Shown here one piece after another: positions 17,859 through 27,064 of a DNA stretch of 30,268 nt. The notes under the pieces were generated by a model that was given only the letters and a program-made list of their open reading frames with translations, had not been told where the DNA came from and did not search any database. The position numbers and the translations under genes were made by a program. The DNA comes from a candidate division WOR-3 bacterium (GTDB lineage Bacteria; Hydrothermota; Tepidihabitantia; Tepidihabitantales; JAOUPE01), in assembly GCA_039801565.1 (NCBI GenBank), contig JBDRUX010000019.1, forward strand, positions 1 to 30,268, read 5' to 3'. Every line of letters starts with the position of its first letter. Within the stretch, counting starts at the first letter, position 1.

Positions 17859-18626
17859 CTAAATATATAGTCGGTCGGGGTCAACTTCAGTTCGTAAGAT
17901 TCGCAACTCTTCTTCACTCGGTGGTTCATTTTCGACCACTTTATCCGCTACCAACATTGCAAAATCGGTATTGTCTAAGACCTGTTGGACGGTTATTCCG
18001 GGATTAGTCGCCAAAAGTATCATTCGCTTCGTCTTCTCTTCAAAACCCATCAAGCCGAGGTTACTCACCACTCGGTAAGGTCCGGTATTGGGTGGCAAAC
18101 CAGCTTTTTCCCGAGCGCCGGGTCCAGTAAGATAACCGGGCGTGGTTAGGAAATCGAGTTTTTTGACAAATCGTTTCTTGTCGTGTTGGCGCATAATGAC
18201 AATCGTTTTCCAGCAAAATGAACCAACTTCATTTGCCCCACCTGAGCCTGGTAACCGAACTTTCGGTGGCCAATACTTTTCACCAATGATTGTCGTATTA
18301 AGATTGCCATACATATCAATCTGGGCGCCACCCAAAAATCCGTATTCAATGAAGCCCCGAGCCGCGGTCTCCATCATATCACAGATTCCAGTTGCTGCGA
18401 CTGCCTTATGAAAAGTTCGAGAATCACCAACACCTAAGGGTAATTTTTCTAAACTTGCTCCAATCCCGCCGAATTCAAATACCGGCACCAAATTAGGTGC
18501 ATGCATCTTCTTGGCTAAAGCGGCCGCCAACATTGGAATTCCGGTACCGATAAACGCAGTGGTATTGTCTGCCATCTGGCGTGCCGCAATACAAATCAAA
18601 AGTTCGGTCTCGTTATATTCGGCCAT
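17859..18626 (-). CDS. gctB: CoA-transferase beta subunit (glutaconate/3-oxoacid CoA-transferase GctB family)
   Basis: FIGTGIP, catalytic-position Glu in VFEFG, GFLGGAQIDMYGNLN, RLPGSGGA, RFVKKLDFLTTPG; second ATG fits SD spacing best (alternative start 18629); coupled to upstream gene; substrate not determinable. Confidence 0.88.
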   Translation of the reverse strand: MAEYNETELLICIAARQMADNTTAFIGTGIPMLAAALAKKMHAPNLVPVFEFGGIGASLEKLPLGVGDSRTFHKAVAATGICDMMETAARGFIEYGFLGGAQIDMYGNLNTTIIGEKYWPPKVRLPGSGGANEVGSFCWKTIVIMRQHDKKRFVKKLDFLTTPGYLTGPGAREKAGLPPNTGPYRVVSNLGLMGFEEKTKRMILLATNPGITVQQVLDNTDFAMLVADKVVENEPPSEEELRILRTEVDPDRLYI

Positions 18627-19597
18627 CATCTACCTCCAATCATCGCTTGCAATTTCTTAAGTCGATCCATTCCGATTAATTTAATATACTCTTCGTGATT
18701 TTTTACTCCGTAGATATATTTATCGAGATAGGCTTTAGTTTTTGCCGGATCTTTGGAGTCTTCTAAGAAATTCTTCAAGTGTTCTTCGTCGCGCCAGTAG
18801 CGGTAGCACATCTCGCCGGGATGGGAACCAAATGGGGCATGGACAACCGCATCAACCAGATAATAAGGGATTATCGTATGTTCGGGATATTTTCTAATCT
18901 CCTCGGTATCAATAATCTCCTCAGCACTGACGATTAACTTTTTACTGGCGCGCGCCAGTTCGTGGGCGAATCCGGAAATTCCTTCAATCTGACAGTTACC
19001 ATATTTATCAGCGCGGTGGACATGAATCAATCCGACATCAAGAAAGAGAGCAGGCAGTAAACAGACCTTTTGTCCGGTAAATGGGCACTCAACGATTTTG
19101 GCAGCACTATAGCGAAAAGTGTCGGTACCGAGCATTGATAATACTGGGATAAAAGGAACGCCCATCGCGGCAGCTTTGAATCGCCAAGCCATTGCCCCAT
19201 TTGACCAATCCGCAGTTTTCACCCGTCCGGATTCGACAGCGCGGCGTAAAATATTAGATATGCCATAAACTTCCCAGGCAACATAAGTAATGTCTAAGGT
19301 ATCAACCAAGTCGGCAGCTAATAAAAAGTCAATCTCGGTAATTCCTTGACCTGCCACTTTTAAATGTTTTTTGCCCTGGCGAATAATCTCGCGGGTTAGT
19401 GACATCGGTGCCCGAACCGTACCATAAAGTTCGGTACCTAAACTATCACCATCAGCAACAAATTTCGCTACTGCCTCCTGTTCCGTCATCAATTTCTCGG
19501 TCATTGCCTGATGTTTGTTTTTATGCACCCAATCCCGGAAATTCCAGATATCGGGTTTTACAAAAAGTTCCGAGACACCTGATTCCAAAACATTCAT
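18626..19597 (-). CDS. gctA: CoA-transferase alpha subunit (GctA family)
   Basis: RAPMSLTREIIRQ, AAAMGVPF, CPFTG, DVGLIHVHRADKYGN, VSAEEI, VDAVVHAPFGSHP; SD AGGAGG. Confidence 0.88.
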   Translation of the reverse strand: MNVLESGVSELFVKPDIWNFRDWVHKNKHQAMTEKLMTEQEAVAKFVADGDSLGTELYGTVRAPMSLTREIIRQGKKHLKVAGQGITEIDFLLAADLVDTLDITYVAWEVYGISNILRRAVESGRVKTADWSNGAMAWRFKAAAMGVPFIPVLSMLGTDTFRYSAAKIVECPFTGQKVCLLPALFLDVGLIHVHRADKYGNCQIEGISGFAHELARASKKLIVSAEEIIDTEEIRKYPEHTIIPYYLVDAVVHAPFGSHPGEMCYRYWRDEEHLKNFLEDSKDPAKTKAYLDKYIYGVKNHEEYIKLIGMDRLKKLQAMIGGR

Positions 19598-19655
19598 TTT
19601 GCCTCCTAATCAATTGACAGGATTATCAAACTAACCATTAAGCTCCTATCCAGAA

Positions 19656-19716
19656 AGTTTTTAGTTTTTGGTTGTTGGTTTTTGGACTAATAACTAACAT
19701 CTAACAACCAACAACT
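19656..19716. repeat. Heptamer-repeat hairpin element in gctA leader
   Basis: Four GT-rich heptamers then four AC-rich heptamers; reverse complement matches 27065-27124 at 51/61 positions. Confidence 0.8.
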
Positions 19717-19757
19717 AATTTCTTGGCTTTTGCCTTTAATATCCTGATTCTTGGTTA

Positions 19758-19805
19758 AATTCAGCATTGCTGAATTAAAGATATTAGAAAATTTAGGTTT
19801 GTCAA
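19758..19805 (-). promoter_or_regulatory. Promoter of gct-acd operon with palindromic candidate operator
   Basis: TTGACA-N16-TATCTT (19805-19778); AATTCAGCA-T-TGCTGAATT (19758-19776) over the predicted start site. Confidence 0.6.
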
Positions 19806-19824
19806 GATTGATAAGCGAACTTTC

Positions 19825-20574
19825 TTACCTTTTGAGTTTTCTTAAAAATTTTTGAACTTCTTCTTGATTCTCGGCAATGTAAGATACAAATTGGTCAAGG
19901 CAATTGGGATGCAAGGTATAGTCAACATTACCCAAAATTGCTTGATTGGTTTGAACCAACTCGACTAAGTCATTGGGTTGAATAAAATGTTCGTAGGCGG
20001 TTAAATCGGGCACTGGTTTTTTAGTTAGTGGGTCTAATAATACAAGAACTATTGTCCAAGGTGATGACTTTAAATTAATTTTATAACCATACGGATTGAC
20101 CCCATCGCTCGGAATAATTTCAATATTATAAATATTTTTACTGGTAAAAACTTCGGAACACTCTATTGCCGGAACAAAACCAAGTTTTAAAGCAATTAAA
20201 CCCATACCAACATTCTCAATCACTTCTTTCTCACTGGTTGCCTTCATTACCATTCGGATATCAAAATTCTTGGTTGGCGTGTATAAGAGTTGTTCCCGAA
20301 ATAAGAGGTGAACCATCAACGATGCTAAACCTTGCCGTTGAAAATCATTTTGGACGAAAGTATCAAAAAGGATAGTTTTTTGCTTACTCGGTTCGTATTC
20401 AGCGTGAACGGTTCCGATAACCTTGTTGGCTAATTTTAAAGTTAAGGTAGTTTTGGTCGGTTCGATTTGGCAAATCGTCTGAAAAATTGTGTGCGCAAAT
20501 TTACCTTCAACGATTTCAATTTCCGTTGGTTTGAGTCGCTTAAAACGTGGGCCTAACGATTTAATCTCAATCAT
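19825..20574 (-). CDS. Hypothetical protein with GNAT-like acetyl-CoA-binding motif
   Basis: 249-aa ORF; FVQNDFQRQGLASLM matches GNAT motif A (V-x-x-x-x-Q/R-x-x-G-x-A). Confidence 0.7.
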   Translation of the reverse strand: MIEIKSLGPRFKRLKPTEIEIVEGKFAHTIFQTICQIEPTKTTLTLKLANKVIGTVHAEYEPSKQKTILFDTFVQNDFQRQGLASLMVHLLFREQLLYTPTKNFDIRMVMKATSEKEVIENVGMGLIALKLGFVPAIECSEVFTSKNIYNIEIIPSDGVNPYGYKINLKSSPWTIVLVLLDPLTKKPVPDLTAYEHFIQPNDLVELVQTNQAILGNVDYTLHPNCLDQFVSYIAENQEEVQKFLRKLKR

Positions 20575-20581
20575 TTAACCA

Positions 20582-20609
20582 ACTTTAAAAATAAATTTGT
20601 TAGTGTCAA
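20582..20609 (-). promoter_or_regulatory. Promoter of GNAT-like gene, leaderless
   Basis: TTGACA-N16-TAAAGT-N7-ATG, no SD. Confidence 0.6.
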
Positions 20610-20694
20610 GAGCGTTAAAAATGGATTTTGAATCCAGGCTAATAAATCTTGCGTCTAATATTAATGAGAATTAAAAAAGAAAGGAGGTATCACT

Positions 20695-21141
20695 ATGCCG
20701 AAAGATATAACCAAATGGGACCCATTTCGGGAATTCGCCACTTTGCGGACCGAAATGGAAAGACTTTTCGATTCAATGCTTGGTCGTTATCCACGAGAAA
20801 GGGTGGAAGGCTTATGGGCGCCGTTGGTGGACATTGAAGAGACAAAAGACAATGTCATCGTTCGAGCCGAACTGCCGGGAATGAAGAAGGAAGATATTAA
20901 AGTGACACTGACCGATAATATTCTCTCGATAAGTGGCGAACGCAAACATGCCAGTGAGGAAAAAGGCAAGACCTACTATCGGATTGAACGCTCCTACGGT
21001 AAATTCCAGCGTACCCTCGAACTACCTTCTGAGGTTGTTGCCGACAAAGCCAAAGCGACCTACAAAGACGGCATCCTCGAGCTAACGATTCCAAAATCGG
21101 AAAAGGCGAAAGAAAAGGAAATTGCCATTGAAGTGAGTTAA
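20695..21141 (+). CDS. Small heat shock protein, Hsp20/alpha-crystallin family
   Basis: WDPFRE, WAPLVDIEET, AELPGMKKEDI, ERSYGKFQR, ATYKDGILELTIPK; SD AAGGAGGT. Confidence 0.96.
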   Translation: MPKDITKWDPFREFATLRTEMERLFDSMLGRYPRERVEGLWAPLVDIEETKDNVIVRAELPGMKKEDIKVTLTDNILSISGERKHASEEKGKTYYRIERSYGKFQRTLELPSEVVADKAKATYKDGILELTIPKSEKAKEKEIAIEVS

Positions 21142-21160
21142 GATTTGACCCGAATGGGTC

Positions 21161-21191
21161 TAGGGCGGTCTCAACTTGACCGCCCTATTTT
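21161..21191. terminator. Intrinsic terminator between convergent genes
   Basis: TAGGGCGGTC-N7-GACCGCCCTA followed by TTTT. Confidence 0.85.
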
Positions 21192-21193
21192 AA

Positions 21194-22846
21194 TTACAAC
21201 TTGATGAATTTGTTTGTTAGCCTTGTTCCGCCTTCAATTTTGAAATAAATAAAATAAATCCCCGGTTCAATGTTAGATGGTAAAGTTAAATAATGATTGC
21301 CAGCACTAAAATAACCGCGCACTAAAGTTCTAACATTGCAACCAGCAATGTCGAAAATTTGAAGACTAATTTTACTTTCCTTCTTGAGGCTAAATTCAAT
21401 CCGATTTCCTTTAATCCGAATCGCATTTTTATTTATTCGTATCCCACTCGGTATACTCTTAATATCAACCACTGGGCAGATATCAGTCTCTTCAACAATC
21501 GTATCAATGATTGGTATACTGTCCAATTCGGGTTGAAAATCATAAGATTCCATTTCCCAAGGAATTGCTGGTATTGAATCGAAAGGCAGTTCGGCTACTA
21601 AAACACAAGCTGGACGATTGCCCAATGGGTCTAAAGTCAAAAAGTGAAAATCATCCATACCCACACCGAAACTATTTGTCCAACCCGCGATTCCATAACC
21701 ACCGAAGTAAGTATGAATTATCGGGTAGGCTTCATCAAATTGTGCGCCCGGCATACTCGGATGAACTCTTGCCCATTGCAATAAACCAGCCGGTGTCAGT
21801 TTTAGAATGAGAAAATTAGGGTTTGGGATACCAGGTCCAAAACTCTTGGTCCAACCAGCAATCGCATAACCACCATCCTGTGTGAATAGTAATGATTGGT
21901 CATCCAGAGACTTTTCGTCATCCTCCTGCCAACCATAGACCCAGCCCCATTGGAAAGCAACTGGTGGGATTACTTTCCAGACAAAAATATTGGAGTGGGT
22001 GGGTATACCTAAACCAAAACTGTTGGTCCAACCCGCAGTGACGATACCAGTGTTATCCCAGACTACTGAATAGGCTTCATCTTCATTTACTCCGGGAATA
22101 ACCATCACTGGACCAGGGTTACCGTTTAAGTCCAGAAGCATTGTGTAGGCATCGAAATTATTAGGCGTAGTGATTTTGGCTCGGCCGACTACTGCATAAC
22201 GAAAAGTATCGCTGGGTATTTCCACAATATCATAGCTCTCGTCCTCAATGTGATTAGGAAAAGCCCAGTAGACCTTTGCCCACTGAATAAATCCCATTGG
22301 GTCTAATTTCATAACCAAACTGTTAGGATAGGGTGGCGGTCCAAAACTTTTAGTCCAACCCACTATTGCATAACCCAAATCCAGGGTTTGGATTATCGAA
22401 TAAGTCTGGTCATCATCCAGCCCACCATAAACTCTCGACCATTGTAGATTGCCTAGGGAATCGAACTTTAGAACAAAGATATTTGAGAAGTTCGGTGTCC
22501 CAATTCCATAACTCTTTGTCCAGCCGGTGACAGCGAAACCGCCATCCATAGTTTGAACCATTGAGTAGGCTTCGTCATCATACTCACCAATTGAAATTTT
22601 GGCGCCTTGAACCGAACCAAAGCTATCAGTCTTGACGATAAGGACATTAGAGAAGTTCGGGGTGCCCGGACCAAAACTCTTGGTCCACCCGGCTAAGAGG
22701 TAACCGTTGTCTCCCGAAGAATTAAGCAAGGCGTAGCAACGTTCCGAATTTTGAGCGCCATAAGTTTTAGCCGGTAAGGATTGGGAATAGAGGTTAGCAA
22801 ATAAAAGTAGGATCATTACAAAGAAAGTAACCCTAAAGATTTTCAT
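21194..22846 (-). CDS. Secreted beta-propeller repeat protein with T9SS-A-like CTD
   Basis: Signal peptide; ~52-aa repeats T.DGGYA..GWT.SFG.G.P...N...LK.D..G..QW; CTD IFDIAGCNVRTL...PGIYFI...KFIKL; SD AAGGAGG. Confidence 0.88.
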   Translation of the reverse strand: MKIFRVTFFVMILLLFANLYSQSLPAKTYGAQNSERCYALLNSSGDNGYLLAGWTKSFGPGTPNFSNVLIVKTDSFGSVQGAKISIGEYDDEAYSMVQTMDGGFAVTGWTKSYGIGTPNFSNIFVLKFDSLGNLQWSRVYGGLDDDQTYSIIQTLDLGYAIVGWTKSFGPPPYPNSLVMKLDPMGFIQWAKVYWAFPNHIEDESYDIVEIPSDTFRYAVVGRAKITTPNNFDAYTMLLDLNGNPGPVMVIPGVNEDEAYSVVWDNTGIVTAGWTNSFGLGIPTHSNIFVWKVIPPVAFQWGWVYGWQEDDEKSLDDQSLLFTQDGGYAIAGWTKSFGPGIPNPNFLILKLTPAGLLQWARVHPSMPGAQFDEAYPIIHTYFGGYGIAGWTNSFGVGMDDFHFLTLDPLGNRPACVLVAELPFDSIPAIPWEMESYDFQPELDSIPIIDTIVEETDICPVVDIKSIPSGIRINKNAIRIKGNRIEFSLKKESKISLQIFDIAGCNVRTLVRGYFSAGNHYLTLPSNIEPGIYFIYFKIEGGTRLTNKFIKL

Positions 22847-22952
22847 TTAACCTCCTTGGTTACATTTAAGCAGACCTTGTTGAGTAATCTAAAACTAGAT
22901 TATTAAATATATTAGGGTGGTAAGTGTTGGACAATTTATATCCTTAAGTAAT

Positions 22953-22980
22953 ATTATATCGAAAAATTATAATTTGTCAA
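22953..22980 (-). promoter_or_regulatory. Consensus sigma70 promoter
   Basis: TTGACA-N16-TATAAT on minus strand. Confidence 0.8.
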
Positions 22981-23030
22981 GGATTTACCAATAAGCAATG
23001 ATTTTAGATTGCCTTGGTGATAACTTTTTA

Positions 23031-23066
23031 AAAATAAAAGCGCCCGAGCATTTACTCAGACGCTTG
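23031..23066 (-). terminator. Intrinsic terminator of YCF48-like gene
   Basis: Minus strand AAGCGTCTGAGT-AAAT-GCTCGGGCGCTT followed by TTATTTT. Confidence 0.75.
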
Positions 23067-23083
23067 TTGAATTCAATTAAAGA

Positions 23084-24331
23084 TTATTCTAAGACTGCTA
23101 ATTTAAGGCGTTGGGTCTCCGAGTTGGTTTTGTATTCAAGGAAATATATTCCAGGGGCAACCCGATGATTGGCTTCATCCCTACCATCCCAAATCAGGCT
23201 GTGACCGTTGACTAATGACTGGGGACTGGTGGAAAGGGTCTTAACCAATTTACCGCTTAGGTCGTAAATGCGAATATCGGACGGACAGTAATTTTGTGCC
23301 CCTGCGCTATGAATTATAGTTTGATTGCGGAACGGATTGGGCGAACAAGTAAGCGAACCTTTCTTTACCGTTTGTTTTACTGATTGTTCAAAAATCCCGC
23401 CGCCGTCGTTCGTGTAATAGATGGCTTCACTTAGACCGCAGACCCAACCGATGAGATTATCGCGGGGAAACTCAATTCGATAAAAATGGTAAAAGAGAGT
23501 GGTATTCAATTCCCAAGTATTACCACCATCAGTAGTCTTAAGGATTTTACCCAAGCTGCCGCAAATAAAACCGGTATTAGGGTCCGGAAAAGTTATTGAA
23601 TACAAATGAGTGCCAGCTGGAATTGGGAGGGCAACCGTATCCCAAGTCTGACCGCCATTAGTAGTTTTCAAACAAGTGTTAGCCGAACCGACCACCCAAG
23701 TGTTGTTTTCATCTAACATAAAGACATCTAAAAGCCGGGTTGTGACATTAGAATTTTGCATCTGCCAATTCATCCCGCCGTCAGAAGTGAAAAGGATTAC
23801 GCCGTTATCGCCGACCACGTAGCCGATTTCCGGATTTCTAAAATATACTGCATAAAAGTCGTCGGTAGCAGGGGTCGGCACTTCCTCCCAATTTCTCCCG
23901 CCGTCCATCGTTTTTCGGACCACTCCCCCCATCCCAACCACATAGCCAAAATTAGGGTCAGTTGGAAAATAGATGCTGTTGAGATTGTTTTCGGTCCCGA
24001 CATTAATCAGTTCCCAGTTTTCACCACCGTCTACAGTTAACTGAATATTACCGGAATCACAAGCAATAAATCCATGCGTTTCAGTAGGAAAACAGATTGC
24101 ATTAAAATTACCTGAAGGGTTAGCGCGTCCTTCTTCCCAATGTTCACCACCATCCATTGTTTTGAGAAGAAACGAATTTTCGCCACAGGCAAAACCGATT
24201 TCAATATTGCCTTGGGGAAAGTCAAGGTCGTATAAGATGTTGGTTCCCGAATGTTGCTGAATCCAGCCGGCGTTGCCGAAACCAATCCACATAGTCAGCA
24301 CGAAACCAATCATAAGAATCTTTTTTACCAT
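23084..24331 (-). CDS. Secreted YCF48-like BNR-repeat beta-propeller with FlgD/T9SS-like CTD
   Basis: Signal peptide; seven T-x-D/N-G-G-x-x-W repeats (last one partial); CTD SPNPF...IYDLSGKLVKTL...WDGRD...PGIYF. Confidence 0.9.
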   Translation of the reverse strand: MVKKILMIGFVLTMWIGFGNAGWIQQHSGTNILYDLDFPQGNIEIGFACGENSFLLKTMDGGEHWEEGRANPSGNFNAICFPTETHGFIACDSGNIQLTVDGGENWELINVGTENNLNSIYFPTDPNFGYVVGMGGVVRKTMDGGRNWEEVPTPATDDFYAVYFRNPEIGYVVGDNGVILFTSDGGMNWQMQNSNVTTRLLDVFMLDENNTWVVGSANTCLKTTNGGQTWDTVALPIPAGTHLYSITFPDPNTGFICGSLGKILKTTDGGNTWELNTTLFYHFYRIEFPRDNLIGWVCGLSEAIYYTNDGGGIFEQSVKQTVKKGSLTCSPNPFRNQTIIHSAGAQNYCPSDIRIYDLSGKLVKTLSTSPQSLVNGHSLIWDGRDEANHRVAPGIYFLEYKTNSETQRLKLAVLE

Positions 24332-24361
24332 TACGCCTCCTTCCTAAATACATTTTGCTTA

Positions 24362-24389
24362 ATCTTACCAAGTTCCGACGCAATGTCAA
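24362..24389 (-). promoter_or_regulatory. Promoter of YCF48-like gene
   Basis: TTGACA-N16-TAAGAT with extended -10 TGn. Confidence 0.65.
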
Positions 24390-24534
24390 CAAAAATCGTC
24401 AATCTGATAAGTTTTTTGGGGATCGAGACGGTTGGGTTGAGTTAATTTATTTAGTGATGGATCTTGACCGAAAGGCGGGGCATAGCCTTTACGGGTTACA
24501 GATAGGAACTGAAGAGATGTTTTAGGATTTAAAG

Positions 24535-24774
24535 ATGTCTTCAAGGTTAAAACATTTTTGGTTGAAAGTGGATATTAAAGAGCATTTGGGAGGACTCGTT
24601 GTTGGTGCACTTTTAGCCGTAGTCATAGCTGCCTATTTATATCCGCTGGCTTGGAATCAACTTGACCAGGTGACGAAACGAATTTCAGATTTAAGTTTTC
24701 TACAGCTGTCGGATTGGTCTTCTGGTGTCTTTGGTATACTGAGATTGGAGAATTTGGTTAAGGAGAAGATTTAA
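24535..24774 (+). CDS. Possible small single-pass membrane protein or pseudogene remnant
   Basis: 79-aa ORF in otherwise empty space, with one hydrophobic stretch (LGGLVVGALLAVVIAAYLYPLAW); weak SD AGGA. Confidence 0.35.
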   Translation: MSSRLKHFWLKVDIKEHLGGLVVGALLAVVIAAYLYPLAWNQLDQVTKRISDLSFLQLSDWSSGVFGILRLENLVKEKI

Positions 24775-24973
24775 GGACTGGGGAAAGCTTTATGAAAAGG
24801 AGTTGGATTTGCGGATCAACCGAAGGAGAATTTGTATGCAAATCCTCATATTTCAACTGGTTTGATTTAAGGAGTGTTAATTGTCCAATAACGATTTCAA
24901 GAGAGAAAAATTAATTCAGAATGAATGAGTTTTTTCTTACACACTTAGTGGGGTAAATCAGCCAATATTTAAT

Positions 24974-25002
24974 TTGACAAGTCATTGGGTCAGTGTTACA
25001 AT
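24974..25002 (+). promoter_or_regulatory. Promoter of C25 peptidase gene, near-leaderless
   Basis: TTGACA-N17-TACAAT (extended TGn), 8 nt before ATG 25011, no SD. Confidence 0.65.
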
Positions 25003-25010
25003 TAATAACT

Positions 25011-26912
25011 ATGAGAGTTTGGGTTTTATTAATTTTTGTATTGCTCGTATTTGCTGAACCACCTGATGTAGTTGTAACCCGTTGGAGGAGCCCAGATAAT
25101 TCAAGACCTTTATCATTTCGCGAATGGCAGGCAGAACAACCTAAAGAATTATGGCGAGTTCAAACCATCAGTTTACCAACGAATCAATTGGATACCAGAA
25201 TTGACCTTTTAGTCGAAAACGCGCTTTTGCCTTATTTAGCTCCTTATCTTGATACGCTGGTTACTGATTTAATCCGGGAAAATTTTGCACCAGCAGTCTT
25301 TGCCGTGAGCGGTAGTTCCCCGGAATCTTTAAGAAATTTCTTGACCAACGAGTATCGAAATGGTATGGCCGAGGCGGTTCTGATTGGTGATTTGCCGATT
25401 GCTTGGTTTCAGATGATTGATGATTGGAATAATAACGGAATTCGTGATCCGGATGAAGGATATGAAGAGTTTCCTTGCGAACTTTATTTTATGGACTTGG
25501 ACGGAATCTGGGAAGATAACTTTGTACAACTTGATACATTAGATAGTCTGATTCCGGGTTCGGATGGTATTTATGATACGCATTATGGTAACCAATCACC
25601 AGAAATTGGTATTAGTCGAATGCCGGTATCTGTTCTTGGTTATCCGGTTCAAACCTTACAGTTTTACTTAACAAAAGACCATCGCTATCGTACTGCTCAA
25701 TTACCGGTTCGGGACCGGGCGTTAGTTTATATTGATGATGATTGGATTCCTTATGCCCAACAATGGGATTTAGATATTGGAAGGGTATATACCGAGCGTG
25801 TCTTTATTTGGGATGCTGAGCAGACTCGGGCTTTGGATTATAGGCCGCGGATTGATTCGGCACCTTATCAATGGATTGGACTATTTGCCCATTCCTGGCC
25901 TGGTGGGCATGGCTGGAAATATAACAACGGTCAGAACTGGGATTGGTTCTGGGCGCAGGAAATTCCCAGTATCAATCCAGTGGCGGTCTTCTATAATCTA
26001 TTCGCTTGTTCTAATGCTCGATTTGTTGAATCCGGATTTTGCGGCGGTCGTTATGTTTTTAACACCTCCACTGGTTTAGCAGCCGTCGGTTCAACTAAGA
26101 CCGGTTCGATGCTGGAATTTCAAGACTTTTACGGTCAATTGGCATTAGGCAAAACGATTGGTGAATCGTTTCGAGAATGGTTTACGGCAAGAATCGCTGA
26201 TGGTTTTGAAAATTGGGAAAAATCTTGGTTTTACGGCATGTGCGTGATCGGTGACGGTTTGCTTAAAACCCATATCCCAATTGATATTGGAGTCAATCAA
26301 CTTATTGGGCCACAAGGAATAATTGATTCCGGTTCGGTCGTAGTGCCTCAAGTAAAGGTAAAGAATTTTGGCAATGCGGCGGTGGATTTTTCGATTCTTC
26401 TAAGAATCGGTAGTAGTTATGAAGACATTCAAGATGTGTTCGGTCTAAGTTCGGGTGATACCGCAATTATCAGTTTCTTTCCTTGGACCGCAAGACCATT
26501 GGGGACTCACATAATTAAATGCACTACCCTCTTGGCTGGGGATTGGAATTCCGCCAACAATTTACTTATTGACTCGGTAATCGTTGTGCCTGGTCCAGGT
26601 ATTGCTAATAAACCGATTATCGATTTAATGCCAGACCAATTTTGGGGGAGTAATATTTCGCCGAATCCATTCCTTACCCAAACAACGATTGGATTTAAGA
26701 TACCAAAAGAATGTAGGGTTGATTTAGTAATCGTCAATGCTTTAGGCAAACAAGTTAGGCGGTTAAAATCTGGTGTCCTAAAAGCTGGTTTTTATCAAGT
26801 AGCTTGGGATGGCAGGAATAACCAAGGTATTCCTGTGGCACCAGGAATTTACTTCTATACTATTAAGACGCCGGATCACCAAGCAACGAAAAAAGTTGTG
26901 CTATTACGATAG
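25011..26912 (+). CDS. Secreted peptidase C25 (gingipain-like, clan CD) with CARDB-like domain and FlgD/T9SS-like CTD
   Basis: VLIGDLP, ELYFMDLDG and PEIGISRMP motifs; His/Cys dyad candidates FAHS and LFACS; VKVKNFG CARDB-like domain; CTD; start at ATG 25011 because the upstream GTG lies inside the promoter. Confidence 0.82.
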   Translation: MRVWVLLIFVLLVFAEPPDVVVTRWRSPDNSRPLSFREWQAEQPKELWRVQTISLPTNQLDTRIDLLVENALLPYLAPYLDTLVTDLIRENFAPAVFAVSGSSPESLRNFLTNEYRNGMAEAVLIGDLPIAWFQMIDDWNNNGIRDPDEGYEEFPCELYFMDLDGIWEDNFVQLDTLDSLIPGSDGIYDTHYGNQSPEIGISRMPVSVLGYPVQTLQFYLTKDHRYRTAQLPVRDRALVYIDDDWIPYAQQWDLDIGRVYTERVFIWDAEQTRALDYRPRIDSAPYQWIGLFAHSWPGGHGWKYNNGQNWDWFWAQEIPSINPVAVFYNLFACSNARFVESGFCGGRYVFNTSTGLAAVGSTKTGSMLEFQDFYGQLALGKTIGESFREWFTARIADGFENWEKSWFYGMCVIGDGLLKTHIPIDIGVNQLIGPQGIIDSGSVVVPQVKVKNFGNAAVDFSILLRIGSSYEDIQDVFGLSSGDTAIISFFPWTARPLGTHIIKCTTLLAGDWNSANNLLIDSVIVVPGPGIANKPIIDLMPDQFWGSNISPNPFLTQTTIGFKIPKECRVDLVIVNALGKQVRRLKSGVLKAGFYQVAWDGRNNQGIPVAPGIYFYTIKTPDHQATKKVVLLR

Positions 26913-26968
26913 GCTTCAGTGCATCGCTATACCAAGCATAGGTCGAATGAAACGAAAAAACTGAACTA

Positions 26969-26997
26969 TTGACAATTTCGGATTCTTTCATTAAAAT
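26969..26997 (+). promoter_or_regulatory. Promoter of Kelch/CARDB gene
   Basis: TTGACA-N17-TAAAAT. Confidence 0.7.
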
Positions 26998-27064
26998 GAA
27001 GCATTATGATGAACCCAAAGCAAATCAGAAAGGAGGTGAGCAACGCTACAAAAACCTTAATCAC

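Noticed and set aside
20610..20694. CIRCE or other heat-shock operator before Hsp20
   Set aside because: No TTAGCACTC-N9-GAGTGCTAA and no convincing promoter found.
24792..24914. 40-aa Cys-containing ORF
   Set aside because: Short, no recognisable motif, consistent with chance.
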